Assembly (NCBI GenBank): GCA_035500255.1
Contig: DATJXJ010000082.1
Coordinates: 19,188-83,187, forward strand
DNA length: 64,000 nucleotides
Origin: Verrucomicrobiia bacterium
GTDB taxonomy: Bacteria; Acidobacteriota; Terriglobia; Acidiferrales; UBA7541
Reading direction: 5' to 3'
Shown here: in pieces, positions 36,375 through 44,997 of the stretch
Numbering within the stretch: position 1 is the first letter of the stretch
How the letters are laid out: every line of letters starts with the position of its first letter
Notes under the pieces: model-generated
Seen by the model: only the letters and a program-made list of their open reading frames with translations
Told to the model about the DNA's origin: nothing
The model's database searches: none
Position numbers and translations under genes: made by a program

Positions 36375-37361
36375 CTAGCGCACCGGTTCGTGCGCCCGCT
36401 CGGTTGCACTGGCGCGCGTCTCGTTACCCTGGGCCGGCCGCTCCACCTCGCAGCGATTCCGCCCGAGTTCTTTGGCGCGATAGAGTGCATCGTCGACGCG
36501 GAGCAGGAGGGTGTCGGCCGCGATCGGTTCGCGCGGATCGCTTGCGGCGACTCCGAAACTGGCAGTGACGTTGATCGGCCCGGCATCGGTCATGATTGGC
36601 GAGGCTGCAATTGTTTCCCGCATCCGCTCCGCCAGACTGAGGGCGCCTCTGGCATCCGCCGATGGCACCACGATCAGGAATTCCTCGCCGCCGTAGCGAC
36701 CCACCGTGTCGTATGGGCGAACGCAATTGCCCATGCGGCGGGCGGCTTCCTTCAGCACGGCGTCGCCGAGGAGGTGGCCGTGCGTGTCGTTGATCTGCTT
36801 GAAATGGTCGAGATCCGCCAGAATGACTCCTAGAGCCCCGCCTTCCCGCTTTTGCCGAGAGCGCTCGCGGTGAATCGCTTCCAGCACCGCGCCGCGATTG
36901 AAAACTCCAGTCAGCCCGTCGTGAGTGGCCTGAAAGCGCAGTTCTTCGCGCGCCGAAATCAGGCTCTGCTGAAGGCTTAAGATCCGCAGCCCCACACGCA
37001 CGCGTGCCCGCAGCTCCTGGGCATCAAACGGCTTCGTAAGGTAGTCATCCGCTCCGGATTCGAGCCCATAAAGCACGTTGCCCTTTTGGGTGAGGGCCGT
37101 GAGCAGGAGGATGTAGACGTACGGGCGGTCGCGCCGCTGGCGAACTTTCTCGCAGACTTGTGGTCCCTCCATTCCCGGCATCACCCAATCGAGGATGGCC
37201 AGAGAAGGTGCTCCCTCGCTTTCCAGTACTCGCAAGGCCTGCGTGCCGTCGGCCACGGCCACGACTTCATAGCCGGACTTGATGAGCAGCGCCTCCAACA
37301 TGCGGCGCAGGACCGGGTCATCCTCGGCGATCAGGATCCTGTTCGTGGGCTTGAGATCCAT
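36375..37361 (-). CDS. response regulator-diguanylate cyclase (REC-GGDEF, PleD/WspR-like)
   Basis: Canonical REC ('ILIAEDD', 'ILDWVMPG', 'YLTKPF'). It has an active-site 'GGEEF' with an RxxD I-site ('RPYD') five residues upstream. Confidence 0.9.
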   Translation of the reverse strand: MDLKPTNRILIAEDDPVLRRMLEALLIKSGYEVVAVADGTQALRVLESEGAPSLAILDWVMPGMEGPQVCEKVRQRRDRPYVYILLLTALTQKGNVLYGLESGADDYLTKPFDAQELRARVRVGLRILSLQQSLISAREELRFQATHDGLTGVFNRGAVLEAIHRERSRQKREGGALGVILADLDHFKQINDTHGHLLGDAVLKEAARRMGNCVRPYDTVGRYGGEEFLIVVPSADARGALSLAERMRETIAASPIMTDAGPINVTASFGVAASDPREPIAADTLLLRVDDALYRAKELGRNRCEVERPAQGNETRASATERAHEPVR

Positions 37362-37422
37362 CGAGCTTCTCGTTTCTCTTAACCGTCTGCCGAGATCTGA
37401 ATCTCGTCGCTCAGCTGCAGCG

Positions 37423-38169
37423 CTACCGAGTCGCGTGCTTCAAAAGCGAATCGAGTTCGGGTATCAAGCGTGCCAATTCCTTTTCCAATTTCGCGACATG
37501 ATCCTCCGCGATCTTCGGAGCGCCCGATCGCGCCAACTGCTCCAAGGTGAACGCGGCGTCCGATACGGCCGTCGCTCCCACGTTTGCCGAGGAGCCCTTG
37601 AGAGTGTGAGCCAGCCGTCCGACCAGGCTGAAATCGCCTGCGCTCCAAGACTCGCGAATCTGGCGCACTGTGGTCTTGCACTCGTCGAGGAAAAGACGGA
37701 GCAATTCCTCCAGCAGAGCGCGATCCCCTTCGACCCGCTCCAGCGCGGCCTCGAAGTCCAGCGCCGCAGGCACCGCTGATCCTGCAACCCGGGACGCCGA
37801 AGATGAACCATCCTTTGCCATCGTTTGGTCCAGGACGTCCGACAGTTCGGACTTGCGAACAGGCGCCGAAAGGACCGCATCGGCGCCCGCTTCCGCGCAT
37901 CTTTGCCGGTTCGCCAGCGTGTCGCCGACGACGAGAGCGATCACGGGTGTGTGAGTGCCGTCGGCGCGCTCTTTTGTCCGAATCGCGCGAACCAGATCGT
38001 ATCCGTCGCCCTCGAAATCCACCACCATGGCCTCGATCGGTTCTGTTGCGATGGCGCTCCAGGCCTCTTGCCGGTTCGCAGCCGATGCGAGCAGGTATCC
38101 GCGCTCTTGCATCACACTGGTCAGCAGCCTCCGGCTCATCGCGTCCAGTTGATATAGCAGAACCTTCAT
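37423..38169 (-). CDS. REC-Hpt fusion protein
   Basis: The REC has the phospho-Asp context 'AMVVDFEG' but 'LSAPV' where the conserved 'KP' is expected. The C-terminal Hpt motif is 'HTLKGSSANVGA'. Confidence 0.75.
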   Translation of the reverse strand: MKVLLYQLDAMSRRLLTSVMQERGYLLASAANRQEAWSAIATEPIEAMVVDFEGDGYDLVRAIRTKERADGTHTPVIALVVGDTLANRQRCAEAGADAVLSAPVRKSELSDVLDQTMAKDGSSSASRVAGSAVPAALDFEAALERVEGDRALLEELLRLFLDECKTTVRQIRESWSAGDFSLVGRLAHTLKGSSANVGATAVSDAAFTLEQLARSGAPKIAEDHVAKLEKELARLIPELDSLLKHATR

Positions 38170-38353
38170 GTGCTCGTTCACCCGGTGCGAGAAGACGACA
38201 AACAGCCGTCTCCAGGCCGGAGAATCCCCTGGGCCTAATATCGGCACTTCAGAGCGGGAACTTTAGCCGACGTGGTCTGAATTCAGACATGAACGGTGAG
38301 GCGAGGCCCGACACACGATCCCGCGGGAGCGCGCGAAGCCGAGTCGGGAGTGT

Positions 38354-38662
38354 CTAGTGGAGCGTGAATTTCTGCCAGGGGATCGAGTTCAGCGGAACGC
38401 TGGCCATGTACCCGGCCACATCCCCGCGGCCGTAGTAGGTCGGCGCACCCTGCGCGTCCTGGGCCATCAAGACGACCGGCTTGCCGTCGAGCACCTTCTG
38501 AAACGCAGCGATTATTGAATTAGCCTCGCGCGAATTTGCGATCACGTCGGGCTTCACGATCACCACGGCGAAAGTGGTGCCCTCCGCGTTCATCACCGCT
38601 GCCTCGAATTGCATGAGCTTCTCCAAGGCCGCAGAATCTGCCGAATTGGCCCGGTGCGCCAC
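38354..38662 (-). CDS. hypothetical 102-aa protein
   Basis: ORF with coding-like composition, upstream of REC-Hpt on the same strand. I recognise no family. Confidence 0.45.
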   Translation of the reverse strand: MAHRANSADSAALEKLMQFEAAVMNAEGTTFAVVIVKPDVIANSREANSIIAAFQKVLDGKPVVLMAQDAQGAPTYYGRGDVAGYMASVPLNSIPWQKFTLH

Positions 38663-38913
38663 TGTTCTTTGGTACAGGAAAGGGTCAGTCAGGACAGGTT
38701 CAGCAACTTTCCATCCGCCCTAACAGCTCAAGTTTCAACCGAATCCAGCCGATGTAGACCGTGTAGGCGAGGCGCCTGGTTCGGGATTCTTGTCTGCCCG
38801 ATGCTATGCGAATTGGCGCCGAACTTCCCTTTTTCCGAGAGGTTCTCTTTGTCGCTGCCCGTAGTGCACGTGATCGCGTACCGGGCAGTCTTGGTGTGTG
38901 CGGGGGAGGAATT

Positions 38914-41175
38914 GTGAGGAAGTTCCCGGCCTGGCCTTGGATCCTGGCGCCGCTTATGCTGGTGTCCGGCTGCGGCAACGTGAGCCCGGCGCCCCCTCCG
39001 CCTCCGGCAACCCTTTCGATCTTACCTGTGTCGGCGCCCGCGGGGACGGTCGGCTTCTCATACAGCCTGACGCTCAGCGCCAGCGGCGGACAATCACCTT
39101 ACACTTGGTCCTTGATCTCGGGAGCGCTCCCGTCCGGCCTGAGTCTCAATCCCAGCACGGGCGTCCTCTCCGGCGTCCCGACCGCCAGCGGCACCTCGAA
39201 CTTCACTGTTCAGGCTACAGATTCATCGGGGCCAGCAGTGACAGGCAACATGCCACTGGCGATTGTCGTTAACCCGCAACTCGCCTTCTCGATCACGTCG
39301 CTGCCGGACGGAGCTGTGGGCGTCCCCTACAATGCCAATGCCTCAATCGTCGGAGGCATCGCGCCCTGCACGTGGAGCATAGCGAGCGGCGGCCTACCGC
39401 CGGGTCTCTCGCTGAACAGCGCGACAGGTGCGATCACCGGTACGCCGACGAGCGCCGGCGGATTTGGTCTCGGTTTGCAAGTTACGGATTCCTCCGCGCC
39501 GCCCCAGACGGCGAAATTCTTCAGCGGCATCAACGTGAATCCACAAATGAGCATCACATCCAGCACGCTGCCGGATGGCACCGTGGGCGTTTCGTACAGT
39601 GCGACCCTGACGGCGACGGGTGGAACGGACATCTATACGTGGTCAATCAGTGCGGGCAGTCTGCCGGACGGAATTGTCCTCGATCCGAACACCGGAATTC
39701 TCTCCGGCACTCCCACCTCGGCCGGCCAAGCCAGTTTCACGGTCGAAGCCGCCGACACGGCGAATCCGCCCCAGACGACGACGCTCCCGCTTTCCCTGAA
39801 CGTTGCCGCCGACAGCTCCAACGACGGACTTTTGAGGGGGACGTACTCATTTCTCCTGCGAGGTTTCGATTCGAATGGCGCCGTTGCCGTCGCGGGCAGC
39901 ATCGACGCCGATGGAGCGGGCAGAATTGCGGCTGGAGTCTTCGACGCGAATCGTTCCACCGGCTCCGAAGAAAATGTGCGAATCGAGTCTGGAAGTTTCG
40001 CGATTGGCTCCGATCACCGTGGCACGGTGACGATTCACTCCGCACGGGGCGACCAGACATTTCGCGTTGCCATGAACGCGGCGGGAACCCTGGCGCACTT
40101 CATCGTGTTGGACACGGCAGATCCGGCCGCGGTGCGCGGGAACGGCGTCATGGAGCGGCGCGATCCCGCGACTCCTTCGTCGCTGATTTGGGACGGTAGC
40201 TACGCATTTTCCTTTTCCGGAGCGACACTGTCCGGGCATCGGTCGGCAATTCTCGGAAGTTTTTCGGCGAAAGAAAGCGGCGCGATCCCCGAGGGCATTG
40301 CGGACGCGAATTCAGGAGGACTTGTCGTGCCGGCCGCCGTTATCGATGGCAGCTCAAGTTACGCTCCGGAGACCAACAGCCGTGGCAAGTTGCGATTGGT
40401 TGTCAGCGGGCTCGGCACCATCGAAGGCGCAATCTATTCCGTTTCCCAGGGGGAATCGTTCTTCGTCAGACTCGATGCGCCCGGTTCCGACGTGTTGTCC
40501 GGAGAGATTGAGAGGCAGGCAGGCGAGCCCGCCTCGGAGTCACCGTTTGCAGGCGCGAGCATCCTTCGCCTGCAAGGCGAATCGGACCCGGGCTCCAGCG
40601 TCGTCGCGATGGGCCGTGTCGTCAGCGACGGAGCTTCTACGCTGACGGGGACCTATGACAGCAACGACGGGGGGCGGGTCAATTCGATTCCGCTTGCCCA
40701 TGGAAGTTATGAGATCACTTCCGCCATTCGCGGTCGCGGCACGATTGAGTTCGCCGGGAACGATCTTGTCTTCTATTCGGTGGACCCGTCGAAAGCTTTC
40801 GTGATGGACACAATGGGAAGGGGAGCGAGAACTGGGCAACTGGACAAGCAGTCGACGGAAGTGCCTGCGCAACGGTGTCCCGTAGGAACGTTCTCGGAAG
40901 GATCGGAGGGCAACACGGGCACTAGCGTCGAGCTGGAATCAGGTGTGTTGACAATCGAGTCGAGCGGCAGACTATCAGCCATCAAAGACGTGAGCCCTGC
41001 CGGCAACACTCCTTCGTCGGCGCGAACACTACGTGCCACTCTCTCCGCGCGGCAGGACGGGCGGATCACAGCGCCCAACGGCCTACTTCTCTACGTGATT
41101 TCGCCTACGCGGTTTGTCGAAACGGAGATGAACGAAGGGCAAGCCAATCCCGAGATCGCAGCCGCCGACCAATAG
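38914..41175 (+). CDS. lipoprotein with three putative-Ig (He_PIG-like) domains and a repeated C-terminal region
   Basis: SD GGGGGAGGA precedes GTG 38914. The lipobox is 'LMLVSGC' followed by a poly-Pro linker. Three ~90-aa repeats carry 'Y..TL.A.GG...YTWS...G.LP.GL.L....G...GTPT..G...F.V...D'. Confidence 0.75.
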   Translation: MRKFPAWPWILAPLMLVSGCGNVSPAPPPPPATLSILPVSAPAGTVGFSYSLTLSASGGQSPYTWSLISGALPSGLSLNPSTGVLSGVPTASGTSNFTVQATDSSGPAVTGNMPLAIVVNPQLAFSITSLPDGAVGVPYNANASIVGGIAPCTWSIASGGLPPGLSLNSATGAITGTPTSAGGFGLGLQVTDSSAPPQTAKFFSGINVNPQMSITSSTLPDGTVGVSYSATLTATGGTDIYTWSISAGSLPDGIVLDPNTGILSGTPTSAGQASFTVEAADTANPPQTTTLPLSLNVAADSSNDGLLRGTYSFLLRGFDSNGAVAVAGSIDADGAGRIAAGVFDANRSTGSEENVRIESGSFAIGSDHRGTVTIHSARGDQTFRVAMNAAGTLAHFIVLDTADPAAVRGNGVMERRDPATPSSLIWDGSYAFSFSGATLSGHRSAILGSFSAKESGAIPEGIADANSGGLVVPAAVIDGSSSYAPETNSRGKLRLVVSGLGTIEGAIYSVSQGESFFVRLDAPGSDVLSGEIERQAGEPASESPFAGASILRLQGESDPGSSVVAMGRVVSDGASTLTGTYDSNDGGRVNSIPLAHGSYEITSAIRGRGTIEFAGNDLVFYSVDPSKAFVMDTMGRGARTGQLDKQSTEVPAQRCPVGTFSEGSEGNTGTSVELESGVLTIESSGRLSAIKDVSPAGNTPSSARTLRATLSARQDGRITAPNGLLLYVISPTRFVETEMNEGQANPEIAAADQ
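39013..39807 (+). repeat. three tandem protein-level Ig-like (He_PIG-type) repeats inside the lipoprotein gene
   Basis: 'SPYTWSLISGALPSGLSLNPSTGVLSGVPT', 'APCTWSIASGGLPPGLSLNSATGAITGTPT' and 'DIYTWSISAGSLPDGIVLDPNTGILSGTPT'. Confidence 0.8.
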
Positions 41176-41220
41176 AGCTGGCTTCCGAATTTCGGCCCTC
41201 ACCAGGAACGCTGGACAGGG

Positions 41221-41892
41221 TCAGGCGCCGCCGATCTGATATCCGATACCGCGCACGGTGTGGATGAGCGGGCGGTCAAAACCCGAGTCCACTTTCTTTC
41301 GCAGGTAGTTGATGTAGACGTCCACGACATTCGTCATTGAGCCGGGACTGAGCTTCCACGCCTGCTCTACAATCGCCTTGCGAGGCACCGGCTGCAGCGC
41401 GTGCTGCATCAGGAAGTCCAGCAGGACGAACTCCTTGTGGGTCAGTTCAATCGTGTAGCCACCGCGACGCACAACGCGCTTGATACGGTCCAGCTCCAGA
41501 TCTTCTACCTTAAGCACCAGCTTCGCCGGACCGTTCAGCCGCCTGAGAAGGGCCCGCAGGCGGGCCGACAGCTCCGCGGCGGAGAAGGGCTTCGTCATAT
41601 AGTCGTCCGCGCCCGCTTCCAGGCACCGAATGCAGTCTTGCACGGCGACGCTTGAGCTCAAGACGAGAACAAGCACCCCGGGCCTCGCTGCCCGGATACG
41701 CGAGAGCGCTTCCATGCTGCCGTTGACCGGCGAGCCCACATCCAAGATGACCAAGTCGTAGGCGTCGGTCTCGATTTGATGTTGTGCTTCAGACGCGTTT
41801 GGAACGGTTACGACGTCGAAACCTTCGCCCTGCAGATGACGAACGACAAACTCGGCCAGTATGGGATCGTCCTCGATTGCCAGTATGTGCAC
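41221..41892 (-). CDS. OmpR-family response regulator (orphan, no adjacent kinase)
   Basis: REC motifs ('ILAIEDD', 'LVILDVG', 'YMTKPF') plus a winged-helix C-terminus ('LTHKEFVLLDFLM', 'VDVYINYLRKK', 'IHTVRGIGY'). Confidence 0.9.
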   Translation of the reverse strand: MHILAIEDDPILAEFVVRHLQGEGFDVVTVPNASEAQHQIETDAYDLVILDVGSPVNGSMEALSRIRAARPGVLVLVLSSSVAVQDCIRCLEAGADDYMTKPFSAAELSARLRALLRRLNGPAKLVLKVEDLELDRIKRVVRRGGYTIELTHKEFVLLDFLMQHALQPVPRKAIVEQAWKLSPGSMTNVVDVYINYLRKKVDSGFDRPLIHTVRGIGYQIGGA

Positions 41893-42502
41893 GGCTCTCC
41901 CCCAATCGTGAAGAAAATCTTAGAATCCGAAATCGAACCGCCCACAGCCCAAACCGCAGGCAACCTCGATCACGTTTCTCTCATGCTGTGGAAATCTTGC
42001 CGTCATTTCTTTCAAATCGCTTATGTCTCTAAGCACAATTTCGGAAATGCCATATACATTTGGGAAGTCGCTAAGAAAGCTCAGCCAGCGTGCGTGGATC
42101 GTGCTGCTCGGATAACGAAGCACGTGCCACCGAAAAACGACGAAAAGGCGGCACAGAAACGGCTCTTCATTCTCGTCGGCAGGAAGCATCGTTTCTTAGA
42201 TGTTTATTATCATTCTGCCGAGGTACAGAGTAAATTCGGCGCTATCCCTAGGGGAAAATCTGTAGGCAGCAAAACGACGGCGCGAGACTGCCCCCGCTCC
42301 ACTCTTGCCCTCGCATCGCGACGCAATGCACGCGATGACGGCACGCGGAACATTAGAGCCTTTTATTCCGCGAAAAGTTAACTGGTTCGCAACACAGACA
42401 CCAAGAGAGTGACTCAGCGGCCGCAATCTCAAACACCTCTTGTGATAAAGAGCTAACGCAGACGGTGAAGGCTGTCACTGTCGCTCTTGGGGGAATCCAC
42501 TC

Positions 42503-43669
42503 ATGTCAACTAGTGCGCTGCCCGTCACGAAATCCGAGAAGACGCGATTTCTCGTCGCAAGTCCGGACGCCGCGTTTCGCAGGTCGTTCACGCGCGATCT
42601 TGGAGATTCGAATGGCCGCGTCGAGGAAGTCTCTAGCGGAGCACACGCGCTTTCAAAGCTCGAATCGACTCCCTTTGATGTGCTTGTTCTCGACCGGCAC
42701 CTGCCGGATTTGGATTCACAAGAGATTGCGGATCTGGCGCGGAGTCGGTTCGCGCCAATGGAAGTGCGCCTGGTCGATTCGCGCGTGGTTGCGCAAAGAA
42801 ATGCGACCGAACCGGTGACGTCCGTCGTGCCGGCCGCGCCCATCCCGCCGCTGCCGGCGCGCCAGCAGTCCGCCCCGATCGATCCACAGGCGCTGCCCGG
42901 CATGGTCGGAACGTCTCGGGCGATGCAGCAGGTGTATCGCATGGCGCGTCTTGTGGCGCCGCGAGACACGACGGTGCTCATCACGGGAGAAACGGGAACC
43001 GGAAAGGAAGTGGTGGCGCGCGCGATTCATGAATTGAGCTCGCGATCGCAGAATCCGTTTGTCGTGGTGAACTGCGCCGCGATCCCCGAGTCTCTGCTCG
43101 AAGCCGAACTGTTCGGACACGCGCGGGGAGCTTTCACGGGAGCGGTGCAATCGCGAGCCGGGCGCATTCACATGGCGCACGGCGGCACGTTCTTCCTGGA
43201 CGAAGTCGGCGACCTTCCGCTTGCCATGCAGGCGAAGCTGCTGCGTTTCTTGCAGGATGGGGAAGTGCAGAGGCTTGGCAGCTCGGAGGTGTTTCGGGTG
43301 GACGTGCGCGTCGTTTGCGCGACAAACGTCCGCTTGCTCGACTACGTCAAGCAAAAGTTGTTCCGCCAGGATTTGTACTACCGCATCGCCGTGTTTCCGA
43401 TCGAGCTTCCGCCGCTGCGCGAACGCAAGGAAGATATGGGCCCGCTCGCCGAGCACTTTCTGAGCGAGCTGTGCCGGGCGGCAGCCATGCCGCCGAAGAG
43501 ACTGTCCGCTTCGGCGCTCGCCGTGCTGCGACAGTTGCCATGGTCCGGAAATGTGCGCGAACTGCAGCACGCAGTCGAACGCGCATTCATTCTCGCGGGC
43601 GAAGAACCGCAGCTCCACGTGGAGCATTTCAGTCGCGCTGACGATCCGGCACACTTTAGAGAAATCTAA
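42503..43669 (+). CDS. sigma-54-dependent AAA+ activator with degenerate receiver and no C-terminal HTH (FleQ/FleT/FlrA-like)
   Basis: Walker A 'GETGTGKE', 'ELFGHARGAFTGA' (GAFTGA), 'FFLDEVG' and 'GNVRELQH'. The ORF ends about 27 aa after the sensor-II motif, so there is no Fis-type HTH. The N-terminal REC-like domain lacks the DD pair ('LVASPD'). Confidence 0.8.
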   Translation: MSTSALPVTKSEKTRFLVASPDAAFRRSFTRDLGDSNGRVEEVSSGAHALSKLESTPFDVLVLDRHLPDLDSQEIADLARSRFAPMEVRLVDSRVVAQRNATEPVTSVVPAAPIPPLPARQQSAPIDPQALPGMVGTSRAMQQVYRMARLVAPRDTTVLITGETGTGKEVVARAIHELSSRSQNPFVVVNCAAIPESLLEAELFGHARGAFTGAVQSRAGRIHMAHGGTFFLDEVGDLPLAMQAKLLRFLQDGEVQRLGSSEVFRVDVRVVCATNVRLLDYVKQKLFRQDLYYRIAVFPIELPPLRERKEDMGPLAEHFLSELCRAAAMPPKRLSASALAVLRQLPWSGNVRELQHAVERAFILAGEEPQLHVEHFSRADDPAHFREI

Positions 43670-43716
43670 GTTATCGCCCTCGCTCTTGGCATCCGAGATG
43701 CAATGTACGCGCGAGG

Positions 43717-44997
43717 ATGCCGAAATTGCCCACAACCCGGCAAAATCGCCTCGCGGCAAGCCGACGCGAGGCGCGCGCCACCGACCGCTCCTCGCTCGCG
43801 CGCGCGTTCCGGACATTCACGCAAGCCGCCGGATCGCTCGAGAAGTCGTACGCGCAGCTTCAGGGTGAAGTCGCACGCCTGCGCGGCCAACTGGAATCCG
43901 CGAACGCCGAGCTGTCGCGCAGAGCGGAGGAGAACGTCCGCGTCCGCGCCTTCTTGACGCGCGTCCTCGAGAGTTTGCCGTGCGGCGTGGTCGTTACGGA
44001 CATCTGTGGCCGTCCGCGCATGGTGAACCCCGAAGCGCGCCGGCTGCTTCAACTCCAAGCTGCGTGGACCCCGGGTGAAGACGCGGCGTGCCCGCCCGCG
44101 CTCGAGGCGCTCCTTGCAACTTCCGTTGCCATCGACTCTTCGTGCGAGCAGGAGTGGGTTTCTGGCCTTGGTGACAATTCAAGAACCCTCGGAGTCTCGC
44201 GCGCCGAGGCGGGGGAATCGTCTGGGGGAGTCGAGAGCATCTGGATCATTCGCGACGTCAGTGATCAGAAGAGGCTTGCCGCGGAACGCGAGGCTGCGCG
44301 TCGCGCGCACGCATTGGCGGAAATCGCCACCGTCCTCGCGCACGAAATCAGAAATCCGCTCGGCAGCATGGAATTGTTTGCCGGTTTGCTTGCCGATGCG
44401 ACCGCTGCGATGCCGGAAACGCGCGAGTGGGTCATGCACATGCAAGCCGGCCTGCGGTTGCTATCAGCTACGGTCAACAATGTTCTGCAGTTTCACAGCG
44501 AGCCTTGCCGCGAGTTGGTTCTGACGAGTCTCGACCGCCTGCTCCGGGAAACGGCCGGTTTTCTCGGACCCCTGGCGAAGCAGCGCGGCCTGGGAATCGC
44601 GATCGACAACGCCGTCCAGGAGGCGTCGATCCTCGCAGACCCCCAGAGGATTCAGCAGGTGTTTTTCAATCTTGCTTTGAACGCGTTTTCGACGATGAAC
44701 CAGGGCGGCACGCTGACGATTCGCGTTCGTCGGGCGATTGGTGCGCCGGAGATCATTCAAGTGGACTTCGAAGACCAGGGCCATGGTATCGACCCGGCCG
44801 TGATCGATCGGATCTTTGCGCCCGGATTTACGACGAAGCCGGGAAGCCCGGGTCTCGGGCTATCGGTCTGCCACAAGGTGGTGGAGCAGCACGGCGGCAG
44901 CATTCGCGTGCAAAGCCAGCGAGACTGCGGGACGACATTTTCGATTTTCTTGCCGGTTGCGGAGGAACTGCATGAGTCACGTGCTTGTGGTCGATGA
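43717..44997 (+). CDS. cytoplasmic PAS-histidine kinase (FleS/FlrB/FlgS-like)
   Basis: No TM segment. It has a coiled-coil plus a PAS-like region, an H-box 'LAHEIRNPL', an N-box 'FFNLALNA', G1 'DQGHGI' and G2 'GSPGLGLSV'. Confidence 0.85.
   Translation: MPKLPTTRQNRLAASRREARATDRSSLARAFRTFTQAAGSLEKSYAQLQGEVARLRGQLESANAELSRRAEENVRVRAFLTRVLESLPCGVVVTDICGRPRMVNPEARRLLQLQAAWTPGEDAACPPALEALLATSVAIDSSCEQEWVSGLGDNSRTLGVSRAEAGESSGGVESIWIIRDVSDQKRLAAEREAARRAHALAEIATVLAHEIRNPLGSMELFAGLLADATAAMPETREWVMHMQAGLRLLSATVNNVLQFHSEPCRELVLTSLDRLLRETAGFLGPLAKQRGLGIAIDNAVQEASILADPQRIQQVFFNLALNAFSTMNQGGTLTIRVRRAIGAPEIIQVDFEDQGHGIDPAVIDRIFAPGFTTKPGSPGLGLSVCHKVVEQHGGSIRVQSQRDCGTTFSIFLPVAEELHESRACGR

Noticed and set aside
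42122-42128. TGGCACG on the minus strand as a sigma-54 -24 element for the OmpR-type regulator
   Set aside because: The sequence 12 nt downstream is TCGT rather than TTGC. There is no GC dinucleotide in register.
41776-42381. 201-aa plus-strand ORF and 89-aa minus-strand ORF (41920..42189) in the AT-rich gap
   Set aside because: They show no motifs, no convincing SD, and composition unlike the surrounding genes. The first also overlaps the OmpR-type regulator's 5' end. I kept this only as a flagged region, not as genes.
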